A stretch of 64,000 bases of DNA from Calditrichaceae bacterium (GCA_050173015.1 JBFXLE010000019.1:1-64000); one strand, 5' to 3'. Positions 52,310 through 63,198 are shown, counted from the first letter of the stretch. A program made the numbers and translations. The notes: generated by a model not told the origin, from the letters alone.

Positions 52310-53586
52310 TATTTCCGTTTAATTATATCCATACCACCCATATATTTTCGTAAAACCTCCGGCACAATCACCGTGCTCTCATCGGTTTGATAATTCTCGA
52401 GTAATGATACCATCAGTCTCGATGTGGCCAGACCCGATCCGTTTAATGTGTGGACATATTCCGGTTTGGATCCCGCTTCACGTTTGAAACGTATTTGAGC
52501 GCGACGCGCCTGAAAGTCTTCAAAATTACTTACACTTGACGCTTCGAGCCATTTATCTTCAGCGGGAGACCAGGTCTCAATATCATAACATTTTGCCGCT
52601 GAAAAACTAAGGTCTCCCGTACACAGCAACATTACCCGGTAGGGAATCTCCAATAATTCAAGAATTTCGGTTGCTTCGGTCAACAACTGCTCATGAAACC
52701 GGTAGGAATCTTCCGGTTTTACAAAATTTACCATTTCAACTTTATTAAACTGATGTACCCTTAAAAATCCCCTGGTATCCTTGCCGTATGAACCAGCTTC
52801 CCTTCTGAAACACGCTGAATAGGCCGTATATTTAACCGGAAGATCTTCACCGGACAGAACTTCATCCCTGTGTAAATTGGTGACCGGAACTTCCGCGGTG
52901 GGGATCAGGAACAAATCATCTTTCTCCATGAAATACATATCATCCTCAAGTTTGGGAAGCTGTCCTGTCCCAAACATGCTGTCTCTGTTTGCAAGAAAAG
53001 GAGGAAATATTTCCGTATAACCATGCTTTTCTATATGCAAATCCAACATGAAATTAATCAATGCTCTTTCCAGACGAGCACCCGCGCCTTTATATACCGG
53101 GAATCCGCTGCCGGTTACCTTACCCCCGCGTTTGAAATCCATAATATCGAGATGATCGGCGAGCTCAAGATGATTTAATACCTTGAAATCAAAATTTTGA
53201 ATCGTACCCCACTTTTTAACCTCGACGTTATCTGCCGCGTCTTTTCCCAAAGGAGTTGATTCATGAGGCAGATTCGGAATTCGACTCAGCTCATAGGATA
53301 TCTTATTTTCCAGATTCGCGAGTTCTTCATCAACATTTTTAATGTTCTCAGAAATCTTTTTTGTAGAGTCGATCAATTCTCCGGCATCCTTGCCTTCACG
53401 CTTATATTGAGAAACACTTTTAGAATTTTCATTCCGCTGTTTCTTTAATTCTTCTACCTGGAAGATTATCGAACGTCTCCTTTTGTCCATCTCAAGAAGC
53501 TGTTCGACATCCCCAATTTCTCCTTTGGCGCGGATTCCGGCCTTAACCTTTTCCGCGTCATCCCTGATAAGTTTTATATCCAACAT
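52306..53586 (-). CDS. serS: Serine--tRNA ligase
   Basis: MLDIKLIR, LIPTAEVP, FRREAG, RVHQFNKVE, HTLNGSGLA. Confidence 0.98.
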   Translation of the reverse strand: MLDIKLIRDDAEKVKAGIRAKGEIGDVEQLLEMDKRRRSIIFQVEELKKQRNENSKSVSQYKREGKDAGELIDSTKKISENIKNVDEELANLENKISYELSRIPNLPHESTPLGKDAADNVEVKKWGTIQNFDFKVLNHLELADHLDIMDFKRGGKVTGSGFPVYKGAGARLERALINFMLDLHIEKHGYTEIFPPFLANRDSMFGTGQLPKLEDDMYFMEKDDLFLIPTAEVPVTNLHRDEVLSGEDLPVKYTAYSACFRREAGSYGKDTRGFLRVHQFNKVEMVNFVKPEDSYRFHEQLLTEATEILELLEIPYRVMLLCTGDLSFSAAKCYDIETWSPAEDKWLEASSVSNFEDFQARRAQIRFKREAGSKPEYVHTLNGSGLATSRLMVSLLENYQTDESTVIVPEVLRKYMGGMDIIKRKY

Positions 53587-53780
53587 TATTTCAGATCCTG
53601 TTTTTTCGATGTATTCATTGTTCCCGAATAAAACGGTAAATTAAATTTCATGCATTGTTTAATTTAACGAATTCTATATTTTAGAGCAAGGTATAATCAG
53701 TACCATGTTCACCGGTTATGAGTATTTATATTATGACAAAGTTAAATTCTGATTTAGTACTGGATGGTCCCTTAATCATT

Positions 53781-55862
53781 TTATTTTTTCAAAAAGAGCG
53801 TCCTGTAGATAATCTCGGCATCGAGTAAAAAATTCTGATTTTTGAGATAATGTAATTCAAAGTTATCGGATATTTGATCATCCGTGATCTTGCTTTTATT
53901 TATTTGAATAATCCCCGTCAAACCGGGTTTATAGTCAAACTGCTGATCCCGATTTTCATCCTTCTCCAACGGCGCTCCAACCAGCGACAATTTTCCGGAG
54001 AATACATTTATCAGATTGAGAATAAATCGAAAAAACCCTTTTTTGGGATACCATAAAATTGTTTTGATATTATTCCGGCCCTGATGAACAGGTTTTCTGC
54101 TAATTTTTCCAATTTTAAACGGTAATAACAGCAAAGTGACAGGTAAAAGGGCTGTCAGGATTATAAAGGAAGAAAAGATATCGGTAGATCTTTTTACAAA
54201 CCGGTTAAAAAGTTTGCCATAAGCATATTCGATATCCACCAGCGGCATGTTATCAAGACGTTCTATATTTGATTTACCCACCATAAATTCCAGATGTCCG
54301 GGCACCATCTTAAACTCGATATGGGAATTTTCAACATTTGCCATCGCGGTTAAAATAGATTTATATGAAATATTATGAGTTGAGAATATGACAAGGTTTA
54401 TTTTGTTAAGCCTTAAAAATTCGGGCAATTGTTGTATGGAGCTTAAAACCGGGAATCCAGCGATTTTTTTACCAATATCTTTTTGATCGGGAGAAATCAA
54501 GCCGACAATTTCGATTGAAGAATCGACGCGTTTATTTAATTTTAAAAGCAGGTTTTGTGTCTCATCATCCAATCCCACAATCAGCGCCCGTTTCGCAAAC
54601 AAATCTTTTCGAAGGACTTCCGAATATTTTCTGCCGTAATACCTCAGGCCGATTCTCCAGATAAGCATCAGCGATGTGCCGGCAAATGCCGTAAACAGTA
54701 CCACTAATCGTGAAAAGGCGAACTGTTTGAAGAAAAACGTCAACGCGGAGACAAACGTGTACGTGAGCAGGTTAGCCTTAAACACCTTAAGCAGAGAATA
54801 TCTGTCTCTGTCGATGCTGTCGAAGAACAAGGATGAGAAAAAGTAAGAAGCCGATGTTATTAAGTTAATAATGATATAGTCACTGAAAAAATCATGCAGC
54901 GAGAAATCCCCTTTCATTTCATAACGGAGATAAAAACTTAAAAACAACGTTCCGTTCATTATCAGCAAATCCAACAGGAAAGGATAAAAGGTAGTGAAAA
55001 AATTTCTGATGAAGATCATCAATCCCCTTAATATGACCCCGAGAAGTATCAACCACTTAAAGGGATATATATATTTTTGCTGATAGTGCTTTTTATAAAA
55101 AAAATACAGAGACTTGTTAAATGTAACCACATAATCCAGATCGTTTTTCTTTGTACTCTCCCCTTTGTAGTGTATTAACTGAGATGTAGGAACATAATAA
55201 ATTTTCCCGCCGGACTGATTGATCCGGTGGCAATAATCAATGTCCTCGCAATACATAAAAAATCGGTCATCCAGCAGTCCGACGTTCTGAACAACTTCCT
55301 TTTTTATCATCATAAATGATCCTGAAATGGCCTCCACATGGTGAATATTATTTTCATCAAGGTAGGTCAGGTTATAACGGCCGAATATTTTACTTTTTGG
55401 AAAAAGACGATTGAATCCTATCAGTTTCCAGAATGCCGTCATCGGAGTCGGAATACTGTGGCGGCAATCTATTGAAAAAGTCCCGTCAGGATTCAGAATT
55501 TTACACGTGGCGGCAGAGGCGGCGGGATTTTGTTCAAAGAATTGTATCAGCTTTTTGAATGTGTCTTCCTGAACTACCGTATCCGGATTCAACAAAACGA
55601 TGTATTCTCCCCGGGCATCTGTAAGCGCCAGATTATTAGCGGCGGAAAACCCCAGATTTTTATCATTTTCGATGAGTCTTACTTCGGGGAACCGATTCCT
55701 GAGCATCTGAGTGGATCCGTCGATGGACGCGTTGTCGACCACAATTATTTCTGATGCAATATCCTCAAGCGCGCGCTTCACCGAAATCAGCGCCTGCTCT
55801 AGAAAATCTCTGACATTGTAATTAACAATGATAATACTGATTATTACTTTGGGACGTGACAT
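53781..55862 (-). CDS. GT2 glycosyltransferase fused to a WcaJ-like TM/CoA-binding-like module and degenerate monotopic PGT domain
   Basis: IIIVNYN, VVDNAS, LLNPD, FFMYCEDID; then 4 TMs, RALIVG, KRSTDI, SLVGAP, KPGLTG. Confidence 0.85.
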   Translation of the reverse strand: MSRPKVIISIIIVNYNVRDFLEQALISVKRALEDIASEIIVVDNASIDGSTQMLRNRFPEVRLIENDKNLGFSAANNLALTDARGEYIVLLNPDTVVQEDTFKKLIQFFEQNPAASAATCKILNPDGTFSIDCRHSIPTPMTAFWKLIGFNRLFPKSKIFGRYNLTYLDENNIHHVEAISGSFMMIKKEVVQNVGLLDDRFFMYCEDIDYCHRINQSGGKIYYVPTSQLIHYKGESTKKNDLDYVVTFNKSLYFFYKKHYQQKYIYPFKWLILLGVILRGLMIFIRNFFTTFYPFLLDLLIMNGTLFLSFYLRYEMKGDFSLHDFFSDYIIINLITSASYFFSSLFFDSIDRDRYSLLKVFKANLLTYTFVSALTFFFKQFAFSRLVVLFTAFAGTSLMLIWRIGLRYYGRKYSEVLRKDLFAKRALIVGLDDETQNLLLKLNKRVDSSIEIVGLISPDQKDIGKKIAGFPVLSSIQQLPEFLRLNKINLVIFSTHNISYKSILTAMANVENSHIEFKMVPGHLEFMVGKSNIERLDNMPLVDIEYAYGKLFNRFVKRSTDIFSSFIILTALLPVTLLLLPFKIGKISRKPVHQGRNNIKTILWYPKKGFFRFILNLINVFSGKLSLVGAPLEKDENRDQQFDYKPGLTGIIQINKSKITDDQISDNFELHYLKNQNFLLDAEIIYRTLFLKK

Positions 55863-55868
55863 GATTTC

Positions 55869-58301
55869 TCATCGGTTAGTTAAAAATATGACTGACGAAC
55901 GTAATAAAATTCTGAAATCAAAAGTCAGTGACATATTTTCCAGATAAAACAGATCTTGTTTGAATTGCTCTCTTTTATGCTGCAGTGACTCATCATACCG
56001 GAATTTCACTTGCGCCCAACCGGTCATTCCCGGCCGGATCTGAAAACGCCGGTTATAAAACTTGATTTTTTCCTTTAAATGATCAACTTCCTCCTGCTGT
56101 TCGGGACGAGGCCCCACAAAGCTCATTTGTCCAAGCATCACATTCATAATTTCCGGAACCTTGTACAATCTTGTTTTAAAAAGCAACCTTTGGACAATCG
56201 TTTCCTTCTCACCAACATTAAAATTAAGCTTCCCGAAAAGACGACCATTTCTGCCGACCATATTTTGAATGATCAGAGGCGGATAATTTCCGGATATTAA
56301 CAGAAGAAAAATTATGAGCAAGGCAACGGGGCTAAATATCAGCGCTACCGCAGAAGCCAGTATCACATCATAAATTCTTTTTAATATCCATTGCCACAAA
56401 AACATGTGCTCAGGAAATAATCGGATCAGAGGATGTCCGATGACTTCTTCCGTCTTATGACCGGAAACCACATCATATATTTCCGGCACGATTTTGAATA
56501 CTACATTCATGTTTTCGGCATAAGAAACGATATTCAAAACTTCATCCCTGGATCGTTCATTAATGGCGATAATGACTTCTTCTATTTCAAATTTTCTAAT
56601 GATTTCAGGTATGTCTTTATAGACTCCAAGCGAATCCAAATCATAAAATATCTTCTCGGATGGATTTTTAGAAATATATCCGACAATATTGTAGAGTAAA
56701 TGCGGATTTTTTCTAATGTCCTTTAATATCTTCTTACCTTTCTCGGAAGTGCCGATCAGCAACGTGTTATGCGGAGCGTATTCAAGCAGCTTATATCTTT
56801 TTTCAAAACCAATAATAATCAACCTGCCGAAATTCACAAAAAAAACAACGCATAAGCCATAAATTAAAATCGCGATTCGTCCTTCGGTAAACAAGTTACT
56901 GGGATCCAGGGTCACTAAATACAGGATGACGATTCCGAACAGAACCGTCTTGTTGACGCGTTGCACTTTATCGAATCGGGAAACATCCCAGTACATATTA
57001 TAGAGATTATTTACAAAAAATAACGATATCCAGAGTAATGTAATAATCAGCGTAACCGGTGTAAAAATAAATTCATCCAAAGCCACGGGTCTGTTGACTT
57101 TAATAATTCCGGATTGAAATCTGACCCACCAGGTGACAATCAGCGCGATGTTAACCATAAAAACATCTGATATTCCAATGAATAATCTGTGCTGTATCCG
57201 GCGCATTGACAGAGGCGCAATCTGGTGTTTTGCGCGGATAATTTTTTCATCCCCATAATAAGTCTTACTTTTCTGCGCTTCGAGGTAACCAAGACGTTTA
57301 AGGCCCAGGACCGACAATGCGAATGTGACCAAAAACATTACGACACTTGCAATGAGAGATTGTGTGGCCACCGTGAACGCCGTTACAGCAGATAAAATAG
57401 AAATACCGTAGATGATATAGACGGCCTGACGGTGCGTTAAACCCAAAAAAATCAGTCTGTGATGGAGATGATCTTTGTCCGCTTTAAAGGGATGGCGCCC
57501 CCCATTTAGTCGCCTGAAAAAGGCCAGGCTGGTATCGCTTATCGGTACGGCAAGCGCGATGGATGGAATCAACAATGAAATATTGCCCGGCTGACTCTCG
57601 AAGCCTCTTATTGAAATTGCCGCCAGAATAAATCCTAAGAACAATGAACCCGTATCACCCATAAAAATAGAAGCCGGATGATGATTAAATTTTAAAAATC
57701 CAAGCAGACCCGCGATCAATGAAAGAGTCACCACAAATGTGGCATAATCAGCTGACTGCCAGGCGATTAAAGCGATAGCGGAAGAGGCGATAATCCCCGC
57801 TCCGGCCGCGAGTCCATCAAGCCCGTCCAGCAGATTAACCGCGTTACTGACACCTATAAACCAGAGGTAAGTAAACGGAACTGCCATAATCCCCAGATGA
57901 ATTGAGTGTCCCGATGGAAAAACAAGAATGTCAATTTTACATCCCAGAAAAATAACTATTGAAGCGGCTATAAACTGCCCGGTAAATTTTTTAGCGGCAT
58001 TTAAACCCTTGAGATCATCATAAATCCCCAAAATCACTATAAGAAGAGAACCGGCGAGTATTGCTCCATATCCGGAAATAATCTCAAAAAATAAATTTTC
58101 ATTCATCCAAAAAAGCAGAAGTATTCCCCCCGCGAATCCGGTAATGAATCCTATTCCGCCCATATGGGGGATAAAACCAAGATGAACCATCCTTCCGTCC
58201 GGATATGTTCCGATGGAATGTTTTGTCGCCATTTTTTGCGTTAAATAAGTTGCCAGTAACGCAATAGCCAGACCGAAGATGAAAATAATTATAAATGTCA
58301 T
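55869..58301 (-). CDS. WecA/MraY-family (polytopic) phosphoglycosyl transferase fused to a WcaJ/WbaP-like module with degenerate monotopic PGT domain
   Basis: GIYDD, NAVNLLDGLDGLA, FMGDTGS, HLHHRL; then 4 TMs, NTLLIG, KRIYD, MSFVGPRPE, RPGMTGWAQV, DLFYLEN. Confidence 0.88.
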   Translation of the reverse strand: MTFIIIFIFGLAIALLATYLTQKMATKHSIGTYPDGRMVHLGFIPHMGGIGFITGFAGGILLLFWMNENLFFEIISGYGAILAGSLLIVILGIYDDLKGLNAAKKFTGQFIAASIVIFLGCKIDILVFPSGHSIHLGIMAVPFTYLWFIGVSNAVNLLDGLDGLAAGAGIIASSAIALIAWQSADYATFVVTLSLIAGLLGFLKFNHHPASIFMGDTGSLFLGFILAAISIRGFESQPGNISLLIPSIALAVPISDTSLAFFRRLNGGRHPFKADKDHLHHRLIFLGLTHRQAVYIIYGISILSAVTAFTVATQSLIASVVMFLVTFALSVLGLKRLGYLEAQKSKTYYGDEKIIRAKHQIAPLSMRRIQHRLFIGISDVFMVNIALIVTWWVRFQSGIIKVNRPVALDEFIFTPVTLIITLLWISLFFVNNLYNMYWDVSRFDKVQRVNKTVLFGIVILYLVTLDPSNLFTEGRIAILIYGLCVVFFVNFGRLIIIGFEKRYKLLEYAPHNTLLIGTSEKGKKILKDIRKNPHLLYNIVGYISKNPSEKIFYDLDSLGVYKDIPEIIRKFEIEEVIIAINERSRDEVLNIVSYAENMNVVFKIVPEIYDVVSGHKTEEVIGHPLIRLFPEHMFLWQWILKRIYDVILASAVALIFSPVALLIIFLLLISGNYPPLIIQNMVGRNGRLFGKLNFNVGEKETIVQRLLFKTRLYKVPEIMNVMLGQMSFVGPRPEQQEEVDHLKEKIKFYNRRFQIRPGMTGWAQVKFRYDESLQHKREQFKQDLFYLENMSLTFDFRILLRSSVIFLTNR

Positions 58302-58368
58302 AAATTCTTACATATTATAAGACAACACCTGAAATTACTCATTTTTGACGATTGATGAAACCTATTCC

Positions 58369-60063
58369 CTAATATCGCAATTCAAAACCAAAATGGAATT
58401 CATCTAATTTGGTTTTGCTTCCCGCGCTTTCAATATCAAAATGATCATAGACCAGTGTTAAAAACAAATCATTAAAAACTTCATATTTTAGATAAGCTTC
58501 GTATTTTTGTTCGGTGGTTAAATTACCTTCAAGAAAATCCCGGGTTTCCCTGGGCTGTTCCTGTTCACCCAGCAAATCGTTGTGTCCCAGGAGTATATCG
58601 CCGCCAATATTTTCATCATCATAATTATCGCCATGTTTATATTGCTGAAATTTGAATCCGGTTGTTAAACGCTGATGCCAGTCTTTTGACACATGCGCAT
58701 AATACACTTCAGAGTTCGGACCGGCCCAATGACCAAGAGACTGGTAATCGGTTGTGTAGCTGTTTACGGGATACTTATGCGTGTAAACCCATGGCATGAT
58801 GGCTGTATATTCTAAACGCAGGGATAGGTTTTCGATACCAAACGGATCGGTCTGGTGCAAACCGATCAGAAAAGCGTGCTTATTTCCGTACCAGTCTGTG
58901 AATAATTTGCTTCGTTTAAACTCATCCAGAAATAACGCCCCATAGAGTTTGCTCCCCGGTCGCGCGACCCATTCAAAATCGATGGAAATTGTGGCGTTGT
59001 CCCGGTCGCGTAAATTATGTTGAGTCGCTCTGTAGAAATTAAAAGGTACCAGATAGGACCAATCCGCGTAACGATAGCCATAAATAAAATTCTCGTTAAT
59101 TCCCAGGGTCAAACTTTTCCAGGGAGCAAATTCAAGACGATGCGCGGCCAGCCATTTATCAGGATACAGCGGCTCTCCGCTTTTACTGGTGTCCTCAGGA
59201 AATGATTGTAATTTCCCATGCAGCGCTATGAATTTTCCCCACCCCCAATCTTTCGAAATACTGACGTAAGGATAGTGCTCCGGGTTATTGGAAAGCGTCA
59301 GTTTACCCGATTCACCGGGCCCCCATTCAATTTCCTGCTGAGCGAAAGTAAAATCAAAATACTTACTATGCCAGGCCAGTTCGCCTCCGGTTCTGTCTGC
59401 ATACCTGGTTTCATTTTCATGAAGTTTACTCCACGCGCCTTTCAGAACGGGATGTTCTTCGACATAGGACTCGTCCCCGCGCAAGGCATAAAGGCTGACT
59501 TCCACCGCATAACCGAAATTATCATCGATCAAACCGCGTACCTGATATGTCTGCCAGTTGGCGTCCCTGGTCACATCATCCGATCTCTGCTCATATGTAA
59601 AATTCTGCTGATAATCAAAATAAAAGTTGCTTCCTCCGGATTCCCAAAGAAATACGTGATTTTCTTCCTCCGGATGGTTCTGTTTAAAAAACCGGTTAAA
59701 GTCGTTCTTGAAATTCCCCCAACCTGAAAGAACCGAATACCAGTTTTTTCCGTCAGGCATTTCCGAATATTTTTGTGTGCGGTCTATTTCAAATCTGAAA
59801 TCCAATAAATAATCATCCAGTCTTCGCCTGTCGATTGAAGTTAATTCATCCCGTTTCTCATTTAACTGCTGCAGCAGATCGGCCGCCCGTCCGCGGCTAT
59901 ACGGCCGAATGCCGTCCAAAAGACGATTTAAATAGCCCATCGTTTCCATACGATCAAAAAAATCATAAATTGGATGATTAATAGGCACGCTGACCGGATT
60001 ACCGGCAAAAACCGGGAGATTAATCAGCAGAAATACCACAATAAATAGCTTCTTCAAATCCAT
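58369..60063 (-). CDS. Capsule assembly Wzi-family outer-membrane protein
   Basis: Signal peptide, IYDFFDRM, RPYSR, WGPG...LTLSNN, AHRLE, LGHWAGPNS, terminal FELRY. Confidence 0.75.
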   Translation of the reverse strand: MDLKKLFIVVFLLINLPVFAGNPVSVPINHPIYDFFDRMETMGYLNRLLDGIRPYSRGRAADLLQQLNEKRDELTSIDRRRLDDYLLDFRFEIDRTQKYSEMPDGKNWYSVLSGWGNFKNDFNRFFKQNHPEEENHVFLWESGGSNFYFDYQQNFTYEQRSDDVTRDANWQTYQVRGLIDDNFGYAVEVSLYALRGDESYVEEHPVLKGAWSKLHENETRYADRTGGELAWHSKYFDFTFAQQEIEWGPGESGKLTLSNNPEHYPYVSISKDWGWGKFIALHGKLQSFPEDTSKSGEPLYPDKWLAAHRLEFAPWKSLTLGINENFIYGYRYADWSYLVPFNFYRATQHNLRDRDNATISIDFEWVARPGSKLYGALFLDEFKRSKLFTDWYGNKHAFLIGLHQTDPFGIENLSLRLEYTAIMPWVYTHKYPVNSYTTDYQSLGHWAGPNSEVYYAHVSKDWHQRLTTGFKFQQYKHGDNYDDENIGGDILLGHNDLLGEQEQPRETRDFLEGNLTTEQKYEAYLKYEVFNDLFLTLVYDHFDIESAGSKTKLDEFHFGFELRY

Positions 60064-60108
60064 TCTCCAATAAATATTCCATTCATCATTACCAACTTAT
60101 TTTCAGCT

Positions 60109-61275
60109 TCACTCAGAGCCTACAAAATTTTCTTCAAGATCTTTGAACACCTTTTCCCATCTGAAATTTTCTTCAATATATTCCCTGCCTTTTCGCGCTT
60201 TTTCCTTCCTTAACCCAACATCATTCATCAGGGAAAATATTTTGTCTGACAGCTCCTCGGGCGTGTCTCCTATGAGCACCATATCATTATTCAGCCCTTC
60301 TGCCCCAATCGAAGTGGTTACCACCGGCGTACCCAGGGCCATCGCCTCCAGTATCTTGTTCTGAATTCCCGCGCCTACCCTCATCGGCGCGATTAAAACC
60401 GCGGAATCAGTGATATAGGGAACCACAGATTCAACAAATCCGGTGACAATAATATCTTTGTCGTTGTGTAAATTCCATATTTCAGCCGGAGGTTCATTTC
60501 CGACAATATAAAATTTCAGATCTTCATTTACTTTTTTCAATTTTGGAAGCACAGATTTTACAAAATAGTTTACCGCGTCTGTATTGGGAAATGTTCTCAT
60601 ATTACCGACAAAACATATCTGATTAGGTTTGTAAGGTCCGGTGTAAAACTGAAACATATCAAGATCAACGCCGTTTGCCACGATTTTTATCTTGTCTTTA
60701 TTTTGTTCATTTCTGAGGAAATCCGCGTCTATTTCTGATATAAATATGGATCTGCTCGATTTTTTTATCACCGATTGTTCATAATGGTAAACGCGCTTAG
60801 CTTCCACATAGTTGATGACAGAAAACAATCCTTTCCGGAATTTTTTACTGCGTTCATAATTCAAAGATATGGCATCGGTAAAATCAACTACCTTTTTAAT
60901 ACCCTCACTTTCGGGAAGATACTGCGCCATTCGGATCAGATGGGAAAATACGACATCATATCCATTTTTGAGCTCGTTTTCCATCTCCCTCCGCATTTTA
61001 TCCGAATTATAATAATGAATCTGAAGCGGTTTTGATGAAAACAATCCGAAAAATGTATTTTTATATGAATTCACTTTTGGTAAAGTGACACTGATCAGTT
61101 TATCGTAATATTTACGATATTCAGAAATATTTTGCAATTCCGTCTCATTTTCTATAAAGGAAATGAGGGTAACTTCATATTTTTGCTTTAGATACTTCAG
61201 GAAATTAAAAGTCCGCAATTTATCCCCCCCGATTGGAGGAAAGGGCAGACGGGATGTTAAAAACAATATTTTCAT
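60109..61275 (-). CDS. GT4 (GT-B) glycosyltransferase; likely start 61275
   Basis: MKILFLTSRLPFPPIGGDK, NGVD, GAGIQNKILEAMALGTPVVTT. Confidence 0.9.
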   Translation of the reverse strand: MKILFLTSRLPFPPIGGDKLRTFNFLKYLKQKYEVTLISFIENETELQNISEYRKYYDKLISVTLPKVNSYKNTFFGLFSSKPLQIHYYNSDKMRREMENELKNGYDVVFSHLIRMAQYLPESEGIKKVVDFTDAISLNYERSKKFRKGLFSVINYVEAKRVYHYEQSVIKKSSRSIFISEIDADFLRNEQNKDKIKIVANGVDLDMFQFYTGPYKPNQICFVGNMRTFPNTDAVNYFVKSVLPKLKKVNEDLKFYIVGNEPPAEIWNLHNDKDIIVTGFVESVVPYITDSAVLIAPMRVGAGIQNKILEAMALGTPVVTTSIGAEGLNNDMVLIGDTPEELSDKIFSLMNDVGLRKEKARKGREYIEENFRWEKVFKDLEENFVGSE

Positions 61276-61330
61276 GGGCCTGTTAGGTTTCCGAATTTCT
61301 GGCTGTCTAATCAATTCGTTGTTTTCATAT

Positions 61331-62257
61331 TTATACCGATGAAGCAAATAATCCATGGAAATAGCCATTCCAAAGATTTTTTATTTTATGCAACCTGTCT
61401 TTTTTTAGGCCTCCTGCCCTAAGAACAACCGCTGTTTTCCAGATACAATTCACGAAAGTAAATAATACAACATAAATGAAATAGAAAAAAGACCGTTCTC
61501 TGAATAACCATAATCGATTTCGCGTGTGATAATAAAGATAAAGAGCGGAGTAATCTATGCCCTTTTTTCCACCGCCGCAACCATGGAGAACACTGACACC
61601 TGAAATATAAACCATTTTGTACATTTGATTGACACGAAAGGCATATTCCAGATCTTCATAATACATGAAGAAGTGTTCTTTCATAAGACCGATATTTTCA
61701 ACAACCTCTTTCCTAATGAGAAAAATGGCTCCCGGGACAAAATCAATGATCTTTCTTTCAGTTATTTCATCATCCGATTCACCAATTTTTAAATTCTCAC
61801 CGGTGCAGATCCATTTATTAAAACGGCCGCCGGCTGAGTAAATTATTTTTTTGGGCCCGGTAAAAAACACTTTACAAGTGATCACTCCTACCCGCGGGCT
61901 GGATTGGAATTCCCGGAGAAACGGGGTCAATATATCCTCTGTAAGAATGATATCATTATTTAACACAAGAAAATTTTCAAATCCGTCGGACAGCGCTTTT
62001 TGGATGCCAACGTTATTCCCGGCGGCATAACCGCGATTCTCTTCGAGTTCATAAAATGAGACACCGCTAAACCTCTTTTTGAGTTTTGACCCGCTCCCAT
62101 CCGTTGAAGCATTGTCGATTAGGTATATGGATAGTTGTTCACCGTATATATTCTGAATTGAATTTATACAGGCTTCTGTATCCGCATAACCGTTATAGTT
62201 AAGGATAATTGCCGCGACGGATCCGATTTCCATGTCTTTGAGATTCATACCGGTCAT
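61331..62257 (-). CDS. GT2 glycosyltransferase (WbbL-like)
   Basis: IILNYNG, IDNAS, GYAAGNN, VLNND, FMYYED. Confidence 0.9.
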   Translation of the reverse strand: MTGMNLKDMEIGSVAAIILNYNGYADTEACINSIQNIYGEQLSIYLIDNASTDGSGSKLKKRFSGVSFYELEENRGYAAGNNVGIQKALSDGFENFLVLNNDIILTEDILTPFLREFQSSPRVGVITCKVFFTGPKKIIYSAGGRFNKWICTGENLKIGESDDEITERKIIDFVPGAIFLIRKEVVENIGLMKEHFFMYYEDLEYAFRVNQMYKMVYISGVSVLHGCGGGKKGIDYSALYLYYHTRNRLWLFRERSFFYFIYVVLFTFVNCIWKTAVVLRAGGLKKDRLHKIKNLWNGYFHGLFASSV

Positions 62258-62274
62258 ATATTAAAAATCCGATC

Positions 62275-63198
62275 TCATAAATTAAATCCGTTTCCTTTGT
62301 AAAAATTTTTAGCGAAATAATCGGATAATCCCCTATGCCCCGCCAAATAAAAACTTCTGTTTGTGAACCGCCACCAGATGAGTTTTGCCAGAATCACCGT
62401 CAGAAAATAAATCGACGCGCTCCGGCGCGTTAACCCCTTCCAGGATAAAGATATCAATAGCAGCCTGTTCCTGACCGAATAATACAATTTAAACGGATTT
62501 TCGGTCTCATTTAAAACTTTATGATAAATTTTTGAGTTTGGATTGAAAAGAAGCCGGAATCCTTTATTTTGCATTCTTGCCGAGTATTCGATATCGTCGA
62601 GATACATAAAGAAACGCTCATCCTGAGAACCGGCTTCGTCTAGTTTTCCCGATCTAAACATGATCATACATCCCGTAATAAAGCTGACAGGATGTATCGA
62701 TTTTAATTGAAGATCTTCGTAATTTTTCCCTTTGTGGTTGTGAACCGCGAGCCCTCTCCACGGAACCAATCTCCCCCCGGCATACCACACCGTCCGTCTG
62801 TCATGTTCGGCGAGAATCAGTCCGCCCGCCGCCGCGGCCTCGGGGAAAGTCTCCATCGAATTTACCAGTTCTGTCAGGAATGTCTTTTCAACAATCGTGT
62901 CATTATTGAGCAGCAGAATGTATTCGGGTTTTAGTGATCGCGCCTTTCTGATTCCAAAGTTTATTCCCCCGGTGTACCCCAGATTCTCACCCGTTGTAAA
63001 AATATCTGTTTCCGGGAATCGCTTTTTTAGTTTTACAACAGAATCATCCCGCGAATAATTATCAACCAATATTAAGTGATAGTTTTTATAATCATTATTA
63101 AGAATCGACTCCACACATTCGATGGTATCATCCGCGCGCATGTAATTTAAGATAACAATAGCAACTTTTGGTATCATTTTGGTTTTAAGATCTTTCAT
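62275..63198 (-). CDS. GT2 glycosyltransferase (WbbL-like)
   Basis: VILNY, VDN, GYTGGIN, LLNND, FFMYLDD. Confidence 0.9.
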   Translation of the reverse strand: MKDLKTKMIPKVAIVILNYMRADDTIECVESILNNDYKNYHLILVDNYSRDDSVVKLKKRFPETDIFTTGENLGYTGGINFGIRKARSLKPEYILLLNNDTIVEKTFLTELVNSMETFPEAAAAGGLILAEHDRRTVWYAGGRLVPWRGLAVHNHKGKNYEDLQLKSIHPVSFITGCMIMFRSGKLDEAGSQDERFFMYLDDIEYSARMQNKGFRLLFNPNSKIYHKVLNETENPFKLYYSVRNRLLLISLSWKGLTRRSASIYFLTVILAKLIWWRFTNRSFYLAGHRGLSDYFAKNFYKGNGFNL

